Virus record (IMG/VR): IMGVR_UViG_3300009506_000018
Location: 3,251-67,250 of that record
Source: a virus
Direction: 5' to 3' (one strand)
DNA: 64,000 nucleotides
In this document: positions 17,587 through 29,000 of the stretch, in pieces
Layout of the letters: each line of letters starts with the position of its first letter
Numbering within the stretch: position 1 is the first letter of the stretch
Notes under the pieces: generated by a model
What the model was told of the DNA's origin: nothing
The model's input: the letters and a program-made list of their open reading frames with translations, nothing else
The model's database searches: none
Made by a program: the position numbers and the translations under genes

Positions 17587-18652
17587 CAAGACGAAGCAAA
17601 AGAACGTCAGGTCAGTCCCAGACTGGGTTGAGCGTGGTTCCCAACAGGCGATGGGGATCGGTCAGCGTATTGCCAATCAGCAGTACACCCCGTACACCGG
17701 AGAGCGCGTTGCCGGGCTTGACCCCAACGAGCAGATGGGTATCGGGCTGGCCCGGACATCGGCAGGTCAGTGGGCGGGGGATCTCAATACTGCCCGGGGA
17801 CTGCTGGGCCGGACCACCGAGCGATTCACGGACGCGGACATCAATGCGTATATGAATCCCTACATCGAGGGGGCGCTGAATCCAGCCGCACGAAAGATCC
17901 GTGAGTCTTCATTGCAGGAGCAGAATCGCCTGCAGGGCATGCAGTCTTCTCAGGGCGCGTTCGGTGGCGGCAGAACAGCAGCACAGTACGAGGCGCTGCA
18001 GAAAGCGACCGGACAGAACGTCAAAGACCTGTATGGGCAGGGATACTTTCAGGCTTTTGAGTCTGGTGCCAACCGCTGGGCTCAGGATCAGGACCGGGCC
18101 AGACAGGCAGCATCCGATTACGTGGCTCTCGCCCAGTCTGGCATGAACCTGAACACGCAGGACATCCAGAACCTGATGACCACGGGAGCGACGGCCCGTG
18201 GCGTCGAGCAGATGAAGAACGACTTCAATTACCAGCAGTTCGTGGAGAGCCGCGACTGGGACATGCGCGGTCTGGATGCGCTGCTCACAACGCTGGAAGG
18301 GATCAAGGGATCGTACACCGTCACCGAAACAAGCGAGACGAAGAACAAGCCCAGCGCACTCGGGCAGGCGGTAGGGCTTGCTGCCACCATCTACGGAGCC
18401 TCGACTGGCGGTCTGTTCACCGGGGCCATGGGGCTGGCGAAGAACTTCTTTGGCGGCGGGGCACAACCTGCACCGGGTTACGGCATGCCGCAGGCCTCGA
18501 CGAATTCGTATGGGGGCACCACGTACACGCCGAGTCCATGGATGCAGCAGTCTGCGGCAAATACCGGGTGGGCCGGGATGCCACAAACATCGCCTGACCA
18601 GAATCCATTCTTCGGTTCGGCTGGCTCAAGCTGGGGATACGGCGGAGGATAA
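17573..18652 (+). CDS. DNA ejection/pilot protein
   Basis: 359 aa; MGGSSK start, YTPYTGERVAG, YMNPY, GAFGGGR motifs; Q/A-rich helical; G-rich hydrophobic C-terminus. Confidence 0.7.
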   Translation: MGGSSKTKQKNVRSVPDWVERGSQQAMGIGQRIANQQYTPYTGERVAGLDPNEQMGIGLARTSAGQWAGDLNTARGLLGRTTERFTDADINAYMNPYIEGALNPAARKIRESSLQEQNRLQGMQSSQGAFGGGRTAAQYEALQKATGQNVKDLYGQGYFQAFESGANRWAQDQDRARQAASDYVALAQSGMNLNTQDIQNLMTTGATARGVEQMKNDFNYQQFVESRDWDMRGLDALLTTLEGIKGSYTVTETSETKNKPSALGQAVGLAATIYGASTGGLFTGAMGLAKNFFGGGAQPAPGYGMPQASTNSYGGTTYTPSPWMQQSAANTGWAGMPQTSPDQNPFFGSAGSSWGYGGG

Positions 18653-18655
18653 GAC

Positions 18656-20029
18656 ATGGCTGACTGGATGCAATTTGAAAGAATCCCCGGCGGCGGGATC
18701 AGGCCGAAACAGGTTCCGGCCAGCGATATCTACGGGCCACCGAAGTTCGATCTTCCGCAGATGTTCGCCAACCTTTTCGGCGGCGACAAGCAATCGACAG
18801 CGGCGGACTTCGACGCTGTCAGCGGGGCGGCTCCACCCGCACAGAATGGCTCCGGTCTGGAGAAGATGAATCCACGTACTGGAAATTGGAATCCGGCGAC
18901 GTCCGCAGGGGCCTTGCCTAGCAATTCACCCCCTGCGGCGGCGCAGGGTGGTTTGCCGGGCGACCAACCAGCTGCTGCCCCTGCGCTGGCTGGGGCTCAG
19001 CAGCCCCCTGCGTCGCCCGCTTCTGGTGGAGCGGGATCCGGCCCGGAGATGATCAAGCAGGAAGTCGATCGTGCGAAACAGGGGGCGAAGGCAGCCCCCG
19101 AGAAGGCTAAGCGCATGGCGGACGCGCTGGAAGGGACCGGCGTTGATCTGACCGAAGCCTACAACGAGATCTTCGACCAGCTGGGCGGCGTGGAGAAACC
19201 CGACACCGAGCTGAGCAAAGAGGAGAAGGGTCTGTTCATCATGAGCTTCGGGCTCAGGATGATGGCTGCCTCCGAGACGATGAGCGCCGGGGGCGCATTC
19301 GGCGCAGCCGGTGTGCCAACCGTGCAGGAGATGCGCGGCCTGAAGGAAAGCCGCAGAGCCACGGCTCAGGAGCAGACGGAACAGCGTCGCAAGCGGGCGC
19401 TGGACATCCTGTCGGAGCGTGTGCGCCAGCGCGAGGGGGCGCTGGATCGGGCTGCCAACCCGCAGACCTACGACAGCGCCAGCGGCCTGAGGACGTGGAA
19501 CCCGCAGACCGGGGCGTGGGAGCAGTCTCTGGATCCGAATACCGGCCAGCCGATTCAGCCGGGGATGACACCGGGCGGGCATAACCGGCCATTGGCACAC
19601 CGCGACAAGTTCGAGCTGCTGAAAAGCCTCGGGTACTCCGACCAGCTGGCCGGGGCAATCGCCGTGGGCAATGCGCCAACCGACGAGGAGATGTACCTCG
19701 ACCTGTCGAAGCGTATCGACGGCATGAAGAACACCGATCGTATTGCGCTACCCGATGGCACGACGGTGAAGAAGAAAGACCTGACGCCGGAGCAAATCGA
19801 CGCATGGATCTACGACAGGATCCAGAAGGCGAGAACTGCCTATCTCGGAGATCAGGGCCAGCAGGGCGGAGGGCTCGGTCAGGCACAGCCCGGACTTGCC
19901 CCACAGCAGCCGGGCGGACCGCCGCCGGGCACGCAGGGCATTACGCCGCCGCCTGTTGGCACAGTCGAGGATGGTTTCGTATTCAAGGGAGGCGACCCTT
20001 CCGACCCCAGAAATTGGCAGAGGCAGTAA
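18656..20029 (+). CDS. Internal virion/ejection protein
   Basis: 457 aa P/A/Q/G-rich; C-terminal GFVFKGGDPSDPRNW motif. Confidence 0.65.
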   Translation: MADWMQFERIPGGGIRPKQVPASDIYGPPKFDLPQMFANLFGGDKQSTAADFDAVSGAAPPAQNGSGLEKMNPRTGNWNPATSAGALPSNSPPAAAQGGLPGDQPAAAPALAGAQQPPASPASGGAGSGPEMIKQEVDRAKQGAKAAPEKAKRMADALEGTGVDLTEAYNEIFDQLGGVEKPDTELSKEEKGLFIMSFGLRMMAASETMSAGGAFGAAGVPTVQEMRGLKESRRATAQEQTEQRRKRALDILSERVRQREGALDRAANPQTYDSASGLRTWNPQTGAWEQSLDPNTGQPIQPGMTPGGHNRPLAHRDKFELLKSLGYSDQLAGAIAVGNAPTDEEMYLDLSKRIDGMKNTDRIALPDGTTVKKKDLTPEQIDAWIYDRIQKARTAYLGDQGQQGGGLGQAQPGLAPQQPGGPPPGTQGITPPPVGTVEDGFVFKGGDPSDPRNWQRQ

Positions 20030-23000
20030 ATGGCAACGCCCGCCGGGCCATGGACTAAGTACCAACGGCCTCAGAATCCAGACCCTCGCCTGTTCGAGGC
20101 GGTCCGCCATGCTGAAAGCGGTGCTGATCCAAACGCGGTATCGCCAGCTGGAGCGATCGGCACGATGCAGACCATGCCGGAGACGCTGCGCGATCCGGGC
20201 TATGGTGTCGAGCCATTGCCGGAGCACCAGTGGGACGACTCGACGGCGCTGCAGAAAAAGGGCGAGGAATACTTGTCGGCCATGTACCGCAAGTACGGCG
20301 GGGATATCGAGGCGGCGCTGATCGCTTATAACGCTGGCCCGGGCAATGCCGACAAGTGGCTGAAGTCCAACCGGGATTACTCGGTGCTGCCGAAGCGGCA
20401 GGAAACCGAGCCTTACGTGCAAAAAGTCATGGCCCGGTACGAAGCGCCACAGGAGGCCGGTCCATGGTCCCAGCATCAACCCGAGGGACCATGGTCGAAA
20501 TACCAGCAGCAACCTCCGCCGCAGGAGAGCCAGTTCAACCCGGAAGGTGCCATCAATCCTGAGACGGGTCGGCCATGGACTCAGGAAGAGGTGGACGCCA
20601 CGGCTCTGGACCAGAAAGACTTCCTTGCGAAATACCCGGGATCGCGGGTGCAGCAGGAGATGGACCAGAGATTTGCGGCTTCGCAGCAAGGCCTGACTCA
20701 GTCAGGAGAAGCGGCTGGCCCATGGGCAAAATATCAGCCATCCGGGGAAGCCCAGCCAGAAGACGAGAGCTGGCTGGGGCAGTTCACCAAAACACTGGGG
20801 GCGCGGATATTCAGTGGAACGCTGGGCGTTTCTAGCATGGCATGGGATACGCCCGAGGCCGCTCATCGCTACCTTCGCGGAGCCTACAGCAAGCTCAAGG
20901 ATTCTGGTGTCCCTGACTGGCTGAATCCATTCGGGGCCCCGACCCTGATCGCCGACAAGATTGCCAACGGCCATGACTTCGGCAAGTTCCATGCTGCCGG
21001 GGCCAGCGACATGGCCGACAGGATCGACCAGTCGGTGAAGTTCCTCGACGAAACCCTCCCGGCCTTCAAGGATGCAGTGGCGGGAACCGAGGAAGCGCAG
21101 CGGGCATGGGATCGATTCCTCGAAAGCGATGGTGATTTCGAGATCCTGTGGAACGCCGCTAAGGATCCAGAAGTCCTCGGTGCCGCGATTGGACAGGGGC
21201 TGCCCACACTGCTGGCCGCATATCTCGCCAATAGGACCGGGCATGGCCTGCCGTTCATGGGCTGGATGGAGGCCATGGACTCCGCCCAGAACGCCCAGCA
21301 GTTCGAGGAGATGACCGGCGAACAGATCTCCGATGGCGAGTTCGCAGCCGCTACCGCTTCAGCCGGGGCGATCAACGCCGTGCTGGAGAAGACGGGTCTG
21401 GACGCCATCCTCGGCAAGCTGCCGGGCGGCAAGTCTCTCGTGGGCCGGTTCCTGCTGGCGCTGGGCACCGAGGGCGGGACGGAATTCATTCAGGAGGTGG
21501 TGCAGAACCTCAGTGCCCTGATCTACGACGAAGAGGAGCGCGACCAGCTCAACGAGGCCATCGACAGTGGCGACTGGGAGGCTGCGGCAAAAATCGTCAC
21601 CCGTGGCGGCTTCCCAGCGTTTCTGGGAGGCGCTGGGCTGGGTGCCGCTGGTGGTGGGCTGGGTTACTGGGCAGATCGCATCAGAGCGGCTGAGACGGGC
21701 TCTGAGCCGCCTCCACGGGATGACATCATCGAGAGAGCGGACGAGGTCAGCGTCAGCGAGGCCGAGGAAGCCGGGATCGAGGTCAGGGACGTCAGCAATG
21801 ACACCCTCCAAAGGGTGGCTACCGGCGACCCCCTGACTGACGAGGAGATGTTCAACCTGCAGCGAGCCGGGCTGGCTCGGGTATTGAATGCCGGGGAGGG
21901 GCGGATGGCGCTCACCCCGGAGGGCAAGAGGCAGCTGGCCGGAGAAGGGCGGTCCCGGGCGCAGGCACTCGACCAGAGGATCCGGCAGTCAAGGACGCCG
22001 ACGCTCAGAGATCTTACCGATGCCGAGCTGCGCCAGCGGGTCCGCACCATCGGTGACATCGAGGGCCTGATCAAGCGGGCCCCGCCAGAAATGGATCTGG
22101 CGAAGAAAGTCACCGGCAAGGTGTTCTACGCAGACCCTGAGGCTACCGGCCTGCCCCGGCTGATGAAGAACCGCTCCGAGGGAATGCTGTCGGTGACGAT
22201 CTCGCCGCAGAACCCGCTGCAGCTGCCAGCCGAAGCCTTCAACATGCTGGAGCCAGAGGAGATCGAGTTCGCCCGGCGCGAAGGTTATGACGCCATTATC
22301 AGCGATAACGGCGAGGCGATGGCGCTGGATCCGGGGATCCTGCGCTATGTGCGTGGGTCCGGCGACGACGGGGTGGACAAGTACGGCTTCACCAAAGAGG
22401 CGAAGAACGATTTCGAGGCGCTGGCAGATGCGCAGCGCGGCAAGCCCGAGATGGCGATGCTGCGGGCCGCACGGGTGGTAGGGGGCGGCGTCATGCAGGT
22501 CATGACCGAACATCTCGGCGACCTGACTCATCGTATGTCTGAGCGCACCGCCAACGAGAACCCGGATCAGGGTCTGGAGTTCGTGTGGCCGAAGGTCAGG
22601 CGCGGAATCAGCTTCCTGACGAATCCCTATGGCTTCAAGCGAGAGTTCGAGGAGAACCTCAGGAGCAACTTCCGGCACTGGCAGGAAGAGCCTCGATACA
22701 GGCCGAGGTGGTTCAACAAGCTCGTCGAAACTACCGGCAAAGAGCCGACCTTCGAGGAATACCGGAAGCTGGTTGACCGGGCCCTCAAGGAATACGCGGA
22801 CGAGCATCGCCAGCTGCCTGTCTACAACGAGGCCCAGAAGCTGGCCCGTGATATCGCGGTGGCACTCGGTGAGCAGCGGTTCGATCTGGTCACCTCGAAG
22901 CTGGAACGCCTGCGCGAAATGATGGTCAACGACGAGGGCAAACCAGATATCGAGAAGTGGGTTAGTTATGCCCGGCGGCATCCATCAATAACCTCCCCTT

Positions 23001-26000
23001 CCCTGTCGCGCACGCGACGTCGCCGCCGGGCACCTTCTGGAGAGTGGTATCAGGATCGATACCCGACTCTAGGCGAGAGGCCGGTCGGAGCGCCGCCGGG
23101 GATCAAGGACATCCGGGCAGTGGGGCGCTTCGTCACGAAACTCCGCAACCGGGTGCGCCGTGGCGAGGGCAAGGATGGCGGCGGTCGCAATCTGATCCCG
23201 CCTGATGCGTGGACGTGGTACGAGGATGCCGGATCTCTCATCCGCAAGCTCGTCAAAGGCGACATGCAGGATATGGAGAAGATGGTGCGCCTGCTGGCGC
23301 TCATGTCTCCGAACACTTCCGTTGAAACCAACGTCACGAAGTGGATCACCGGGATCTACAGGGCCTACAAGGAAGGTCGTCTCAGTGATCTGACTCAGAT
23401 CCCCGGGGCCCTGATGGGGAACGAAGATCTGATCAGCGCGCTCGAAGCCGACGAGCTGACGATCAATACCCGGGGCGTTGGCCCGAAGCTGCTGAACTTC
23501 TACCGCAACCTGTGGGATGCGACGTTCGAGCAGGACCGCTACCCGGATGCGGTCACCATCGATCTGTGGATAGCGCGAGAGTTCGGGTTCACCAACCCAA
23601 AGAAGGTCATCGACACGCAGTACGAATTCGCCCGGAAAGTTCTGGTCGATGCCACCGCTGACTACAACGAAGAGTACGGCACCAGCTGGAAGCCGCGACA
23701 GTTTCAGGCAGCCCTGTGGGTATTGGCCCGGGGTGGGAAGCGCGGGTCGTTCGCCGAGCTGATTCGCGGCTCGTCTGCCAATGCCGCTTTCGAGACGATC
23801 CCGTCAGAGAGCTTCAACGAAGGACGTGTGCTTGCCCGGTTGACCGACGAAGAGCGCGTCAAGTACACCGAGGAAATGCTCGATGTGCTCGGCACCGAGG
23901 ACGGGCGCAACGAACTGCTCGATGCGATGGGTCTGCCGCTGTACGTCACGCAGCAGATGCGTGGGGCCTACATGGGCACTACCGCACCCGGGGCGCTCAT
24001 GGAAGCGCCGCTGCTGAAGGCTGCCGAAGGCTATGACCGCGAGACGGCAGACACGATCGCGATGGCGCTGCAGTACATCTACAAGCAGGACTCGGTAATC
24101 TGGTTCCGGCCCGTCAAGAGCGAGGCCAAAGAGCCGCCCTCTCCGAATGAGGAAGGCTACGATCAGGCGTTCGCCGTCAGATTCGACAAGGCCCTGACCA
24201 GCGAGGACATCGGCCTGTTGGCGGCGATGCTGGAACAGTACTTCCCGGGACAGGGGTTCACGGTCACCGAGCCGGACGAGATCACCCTGATCAATCTGGA
24301 CGGCATTGACCCGAAAACTGGGGAGGCTCCGGCCACGCCCAGAAAGAAGGCCGCGAACAACGCGAAATGGCTGGACGGGATCCGCTCGTGGCTCTCGGAA
24401 ATTTCAACACCTTTCGGTATAATTGGAGCCGATACTTCGCCAATGACGGTGGAGTCGTCTGGATACAGGAGAACCATTCATGACTGGGAAGCTGACGAAA
24501 AAGGATCTCGACTACTTGATGAAATACAAGCCCGACGCCCGGGCCTTGAATCGCGGCTTGACGATTGGCGTGGGCGGGCCGAACAAGTCACGAAGCGGTG
24601 GGTCGGTAGCGCAAAGACGGCATCAAGGCCAGCTTCCGCACCAGTACCCGTGGATCGACTCGACCACGGAGGACGAGCGCAAGTAGAAGTCTATGGTCGG
24701 TTCGGTTCCTTGCGAAAGGAACCGACTACCGATCGCCTCAAGATCTACAACCTGCGGCCAGCGATCGAGAATCCGCAGGGCACCACCCAGAAGCTCCTAG
24801 ACGATTACGGATTCGAGGTCGAAGTATTCAGCTTCGACCCCGAGCGGTTCCGCCTGCCCGAGCTGAAGAAGCGCGGCTATGAGCAGGGTGTCGTCTGGAT
24901 CTATGACCCCGAGGTCAAGCGGGGTTCATTCAATGATGCCGAGTACACCCGGGCATGGCGCGTCTCGCACGAGATCGCCCACGCGATCACCGAGCAGCTC
25001 ATGGAGGAAAGGTACGGGCCGAGCTTTCGCTACGGCAGGCTGGGCCGCATCGCCTTGCTGCCACGCGGCAAGCCACCGAGGCAGACTCTGGTGGAGCAGC
25101 GCCCGCTGACGCTGAAGGAAGCGCAGCGTGCGGTGGAATGGGAAGACCTCGCCTTCAGGGTGCAGCGCATGCTGCTGGAGCAGGTCGGTATCAGCATCAA
25201 CGAAGAGCAGTTCACTCAGGAGTACAACACCAACCTGTCGGATGCGATGTATCGCAGCCTGACTGGTGAATTTGGAGATCCCGGTGAGTACGGGTTCATG
25301 CCAAATGCCGCCCGTCGGGTGCCCGTCAGGGACGTCCTCAGGGCGCTGGAGAAGACAGAGGAGCAGCTGGCGAAGGTAGCCGGTAGGAAACCCACCGAGG
25401 GTATCGATCTCGATTCATGGGAGCGCATCCCAGAGTCAGAGCTGCGCAGGGTCATGGACCAGCGCCGAGCAGACAACCAGTCCCCGACCACAGGCGAGAG
25501 CCTCGATGACATGCGTATCAGCGTCAACGAGGACGGCACTCTGCGCCTGAAGCAGCCGAGGCGGATGAGCCGCAAGATCAAGGTTTCGACGCCCGAGTAC
25601 GGCAAGAACGTCGAGGCCATGGTCAAGGAGTGGATGGAGGGCACCGAGGCCAACCCGTTCGGTGCGCCAGAGCGCATCATCGAGTGGAAGGCAGCCGCCC
25701 AGATCCGCCCCGCCGACAAGGATACGGTGAGCATCGAATCCATTCGCGCCTTCGAGATGCACAAGGGCGATGGCGGCATGGCGCTGCGCCGAATTGTGGA
25801 GCTGGCCGACAAACATGGGGTGACGTTGCAGCTCAGCCCCGTTCCCTTTGGCGAGGGCGGGCTGACTCGCAAGCAATTGGTGGACTGGTACAAGCGGAAT
25901 GGTTTCCGCCTGCGACCTGAGGCCCCGTTCGTTTACGAGCGCAAGCCCAGAAAGGCCACGCGCTTCAGCAAGAAGAGGACCAACGAGGGCAAGGGGCTGG

Positions 26001-29000
26001 GCAAGGCGGGCGTGCAGAACGCTGTTCGACAGGTCTACCGGCGTATGAATTCAGCGCCCCGGGTCGTTGTCGTCGATACCGTTGAAGACCTGCCCCACGA
26101 GGTCTACCTGAAGCTGCTGGAAGAGCACCAGCGGGATCCGAAGAAGAACGCCCTCGGCAGGACACAGGGGCTGTATGACATCCATGGCGCGTTCGATACC
26201 GTTTACCTCATCGGTGCCAACATCAACACCAACGAGGAAGCGATCGACGTCCTACTGCATGAGATCGTTGGTCACTACGGGACACAGGGTGTCCTGTCCG
26301 TTCAGCAGTGGGAACGGGTCATGGACCGTATCTACAACACCTTCCCAGATCTGGTGAAGGACGCCGCCGAGCGTAATGACCTGAACATGGCAGACCTCGC
26401 AGAGCGACGCATCGCATCGGAAGAGGTCATTGCCTACTACACCGGGCAGGCCCTGCATCGGAAATCGATCCCGCAGAAGATGAAAATGATCATCGAGGAT
26501 CTGGTCGAGATGTTCCGCGTCTGGCTGAACCGGGCACTCGGCAAGGGCCACGGGATCACGAAGCGGCAGATCCGTGGAATCATCGCGGAGGGATGGAACT
26601 TCGTTCACCGCCCCGGAGGTTACAAGCATCAGGCGGTCAGGCTGCACAAGAACCACCGCTACTCGATGTACTCGCCGTATCTTTACAGCGCCCTGCACGA
26701 CTGGCTCGGCTCCGTTCCAGAGATCAAGTCTGGCGGGCGGACGAAGGCCCAGTGGGAACAGGAGATTGCTGCGGCAGTGAAGAAGGGCCTGATCAAGCAG
26801 GAAGAGCTTGACTGGTCAGAGCTGGAAATACTCCTAGAAAACCCGACCATCAACGATATCTATCGGCACTGGAGCGGACAGCGTGATGACAAAATCGACG
26901 AGGTTTTCCATCTCTATCCCGACAAGGATGTCGAGGCGGCGTACCGTCGCAAGGATGAGATTGATATCGAACGCCGGGAGATCCTCGACGAAAAACTTCC
27001 CCACACTATTTGGCCCGGACGGACTGATATGTATCACCGCAAGTCAATCATCAAAGCGATGGTTGACGGCACGGTCGAGATCAGCCGGGCCGGAATCGAA
27101 ACCTACGACCAGAAGTACAGCTGGCAAGACTATACGCAGGGACTGAACGACACCGACGCCGCCTACAATTCCGCGAAGCGGCTGGTCAAGCGCCTGCGCG
27201 AGATGGAGGAGGAATACGAAGACGTCCGCGACATGATCCAGCGGTATGGTGCCCGGCCAGCTAACAAGATTCCTGTTGCCGTGGTGCAGAACTGGGTGGC
27301 TGAGAACGGGGTCAAGATCGACGTCACCGGGCCCACCTCGAACGTCGATTGGGATGACGCCGCGACCTTCGATGCGAATTACCCGGACAACGAGGACCAC
27401 CCAGAGTATTCGGATCTCGACGAGTTCATCGAGGAGAAGGCCTCAGAAGAGCTGGACGAACTGTTCAGCGGCGACCTGCTCGCGAAGATGGAGGACAGCT
27501 CGTGGCGCGGTATCGCCGAGGCCATGTTCGACAACGAGATGGAGCTTGAGGAGGGCGAAGACTATGAAGAGGCCCTGCTCGAATATGCCTCCCACAACGA
27601 GCATCTGATCGACGAGGACTATACCGAGAACGAAATCAAGAGCCAGATGCGGGTTGATGAATGGGAGACTGAATACAAGGAAGGGCTGATCGCGGAATAC
27701 AACTGGGACTTCGAGAATGTCGAGTTCAGGGTGCAGGGCAATCGGCATAACGACGAGTTCGATCTGTACATCGACGGGAGCGAATACGCCTCCAGCATAG
27801 CTGGCGATGATATTGACTATTACATTCGCGAGTGGGGGCAGGAGCAGGCCAACCAGCCCGGCACAAGGTGGTCGCAATACACCCTGCCCGGCGGCACTGA
27901 CTATGAAGAAACCCTGCTGCGATGGGACCGCAAGGAAAACCTGTTTACCGCCAGCGCCCACTGGGACGATATCAGCAACATCATCGTCCACCTGCGGCAT
28001 GATATCCGCGAAACACCTGATGGCGAGAGGGTGTTCTTTATCGACGAGATCCAGTCCGACTGGCATCAGGAGCTGCGCGATATGGGGCGCAGGGATCCGA
28101 AGCTGGCGCAGCGCCTGAAAGAAGAGATCGTCGAGGTTCATCAGGCGTACAACAAGAACATCAGACCGCAAGGCGAGAAGGCGATCCTCGACGCGCTTCA
28201 GACGATGAGCGTCAAGGACATTCTCGACTTCATCATCTACGGCGAGACTCACGAGCAGTGGGATAACAATCCGATTGATGAGTTCGTCGTGTCAAAGCCA
28301 TCGGCCTTCAATTACCGCAAGCAGTGGCTGGAGCAGGCGGTTGGCAAGAACCCCAGAAACCAGTTCAAGGAGTTGAGCGGGCTCGACAGCAAGCACTCGG
28401 GGATGCTCGGCGTGGTCAGCGACAAGATGCTGGACATGCTGGGGACGTTCGCCAATGCCGATCTTCTCGCCCGGCTCACAGATACCCAGCTGGCTCCGGC
28501 GGTAGGCAAGTTCGATGCGGCTACCGGAGCGATTATCGCCAACGCCCTGATGGGCAAGTTCCCCTACATCAAGGAGGGGTCGAACGGGCGCAAGATGATC
28601 GCTTACCCGAAGGTCAACATCGACGAGTCCGGTCCTGACCACAGCTATGTCTGGCACAACAACGACCCCGCTCCAGACTGGCGCAAGGGCGAATTCAAGG
28701 ACGCGGTCATTACGCCGCAGGACTTGCAGCAGATCTTCGAGCCGGGTCGCGCTCAGGCCATCAAGGATGCGCTGATCAAGACCATGCTGCGGGAGCTGAA
28801 GATCGCAGATGAAACCTACGACCCGAGCCATCCTGAGTTCGACCAGCAGAACAGGCTGGCGACCGGCGCGATGGCAGAGGCGCTGTACAGGTATCTGGAC
28901 AAGGTCAGCAGCACCGGGCAGGGGCCATTGTTCGATATGGCCTATGGCGCAGACAAGCTGCCTGCCAGCAAGCTCGCGGAAGAATTTACCGAACGCGGTC

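Noticed and set aside
26883-27146. Alternative-frame ORF MTKSTRFSISIP as a nested ribbon-helix-helix gene
   Set aside because: Only the first strand resembles RHH; helices absent; S/R/T-rich shadow-frame composition
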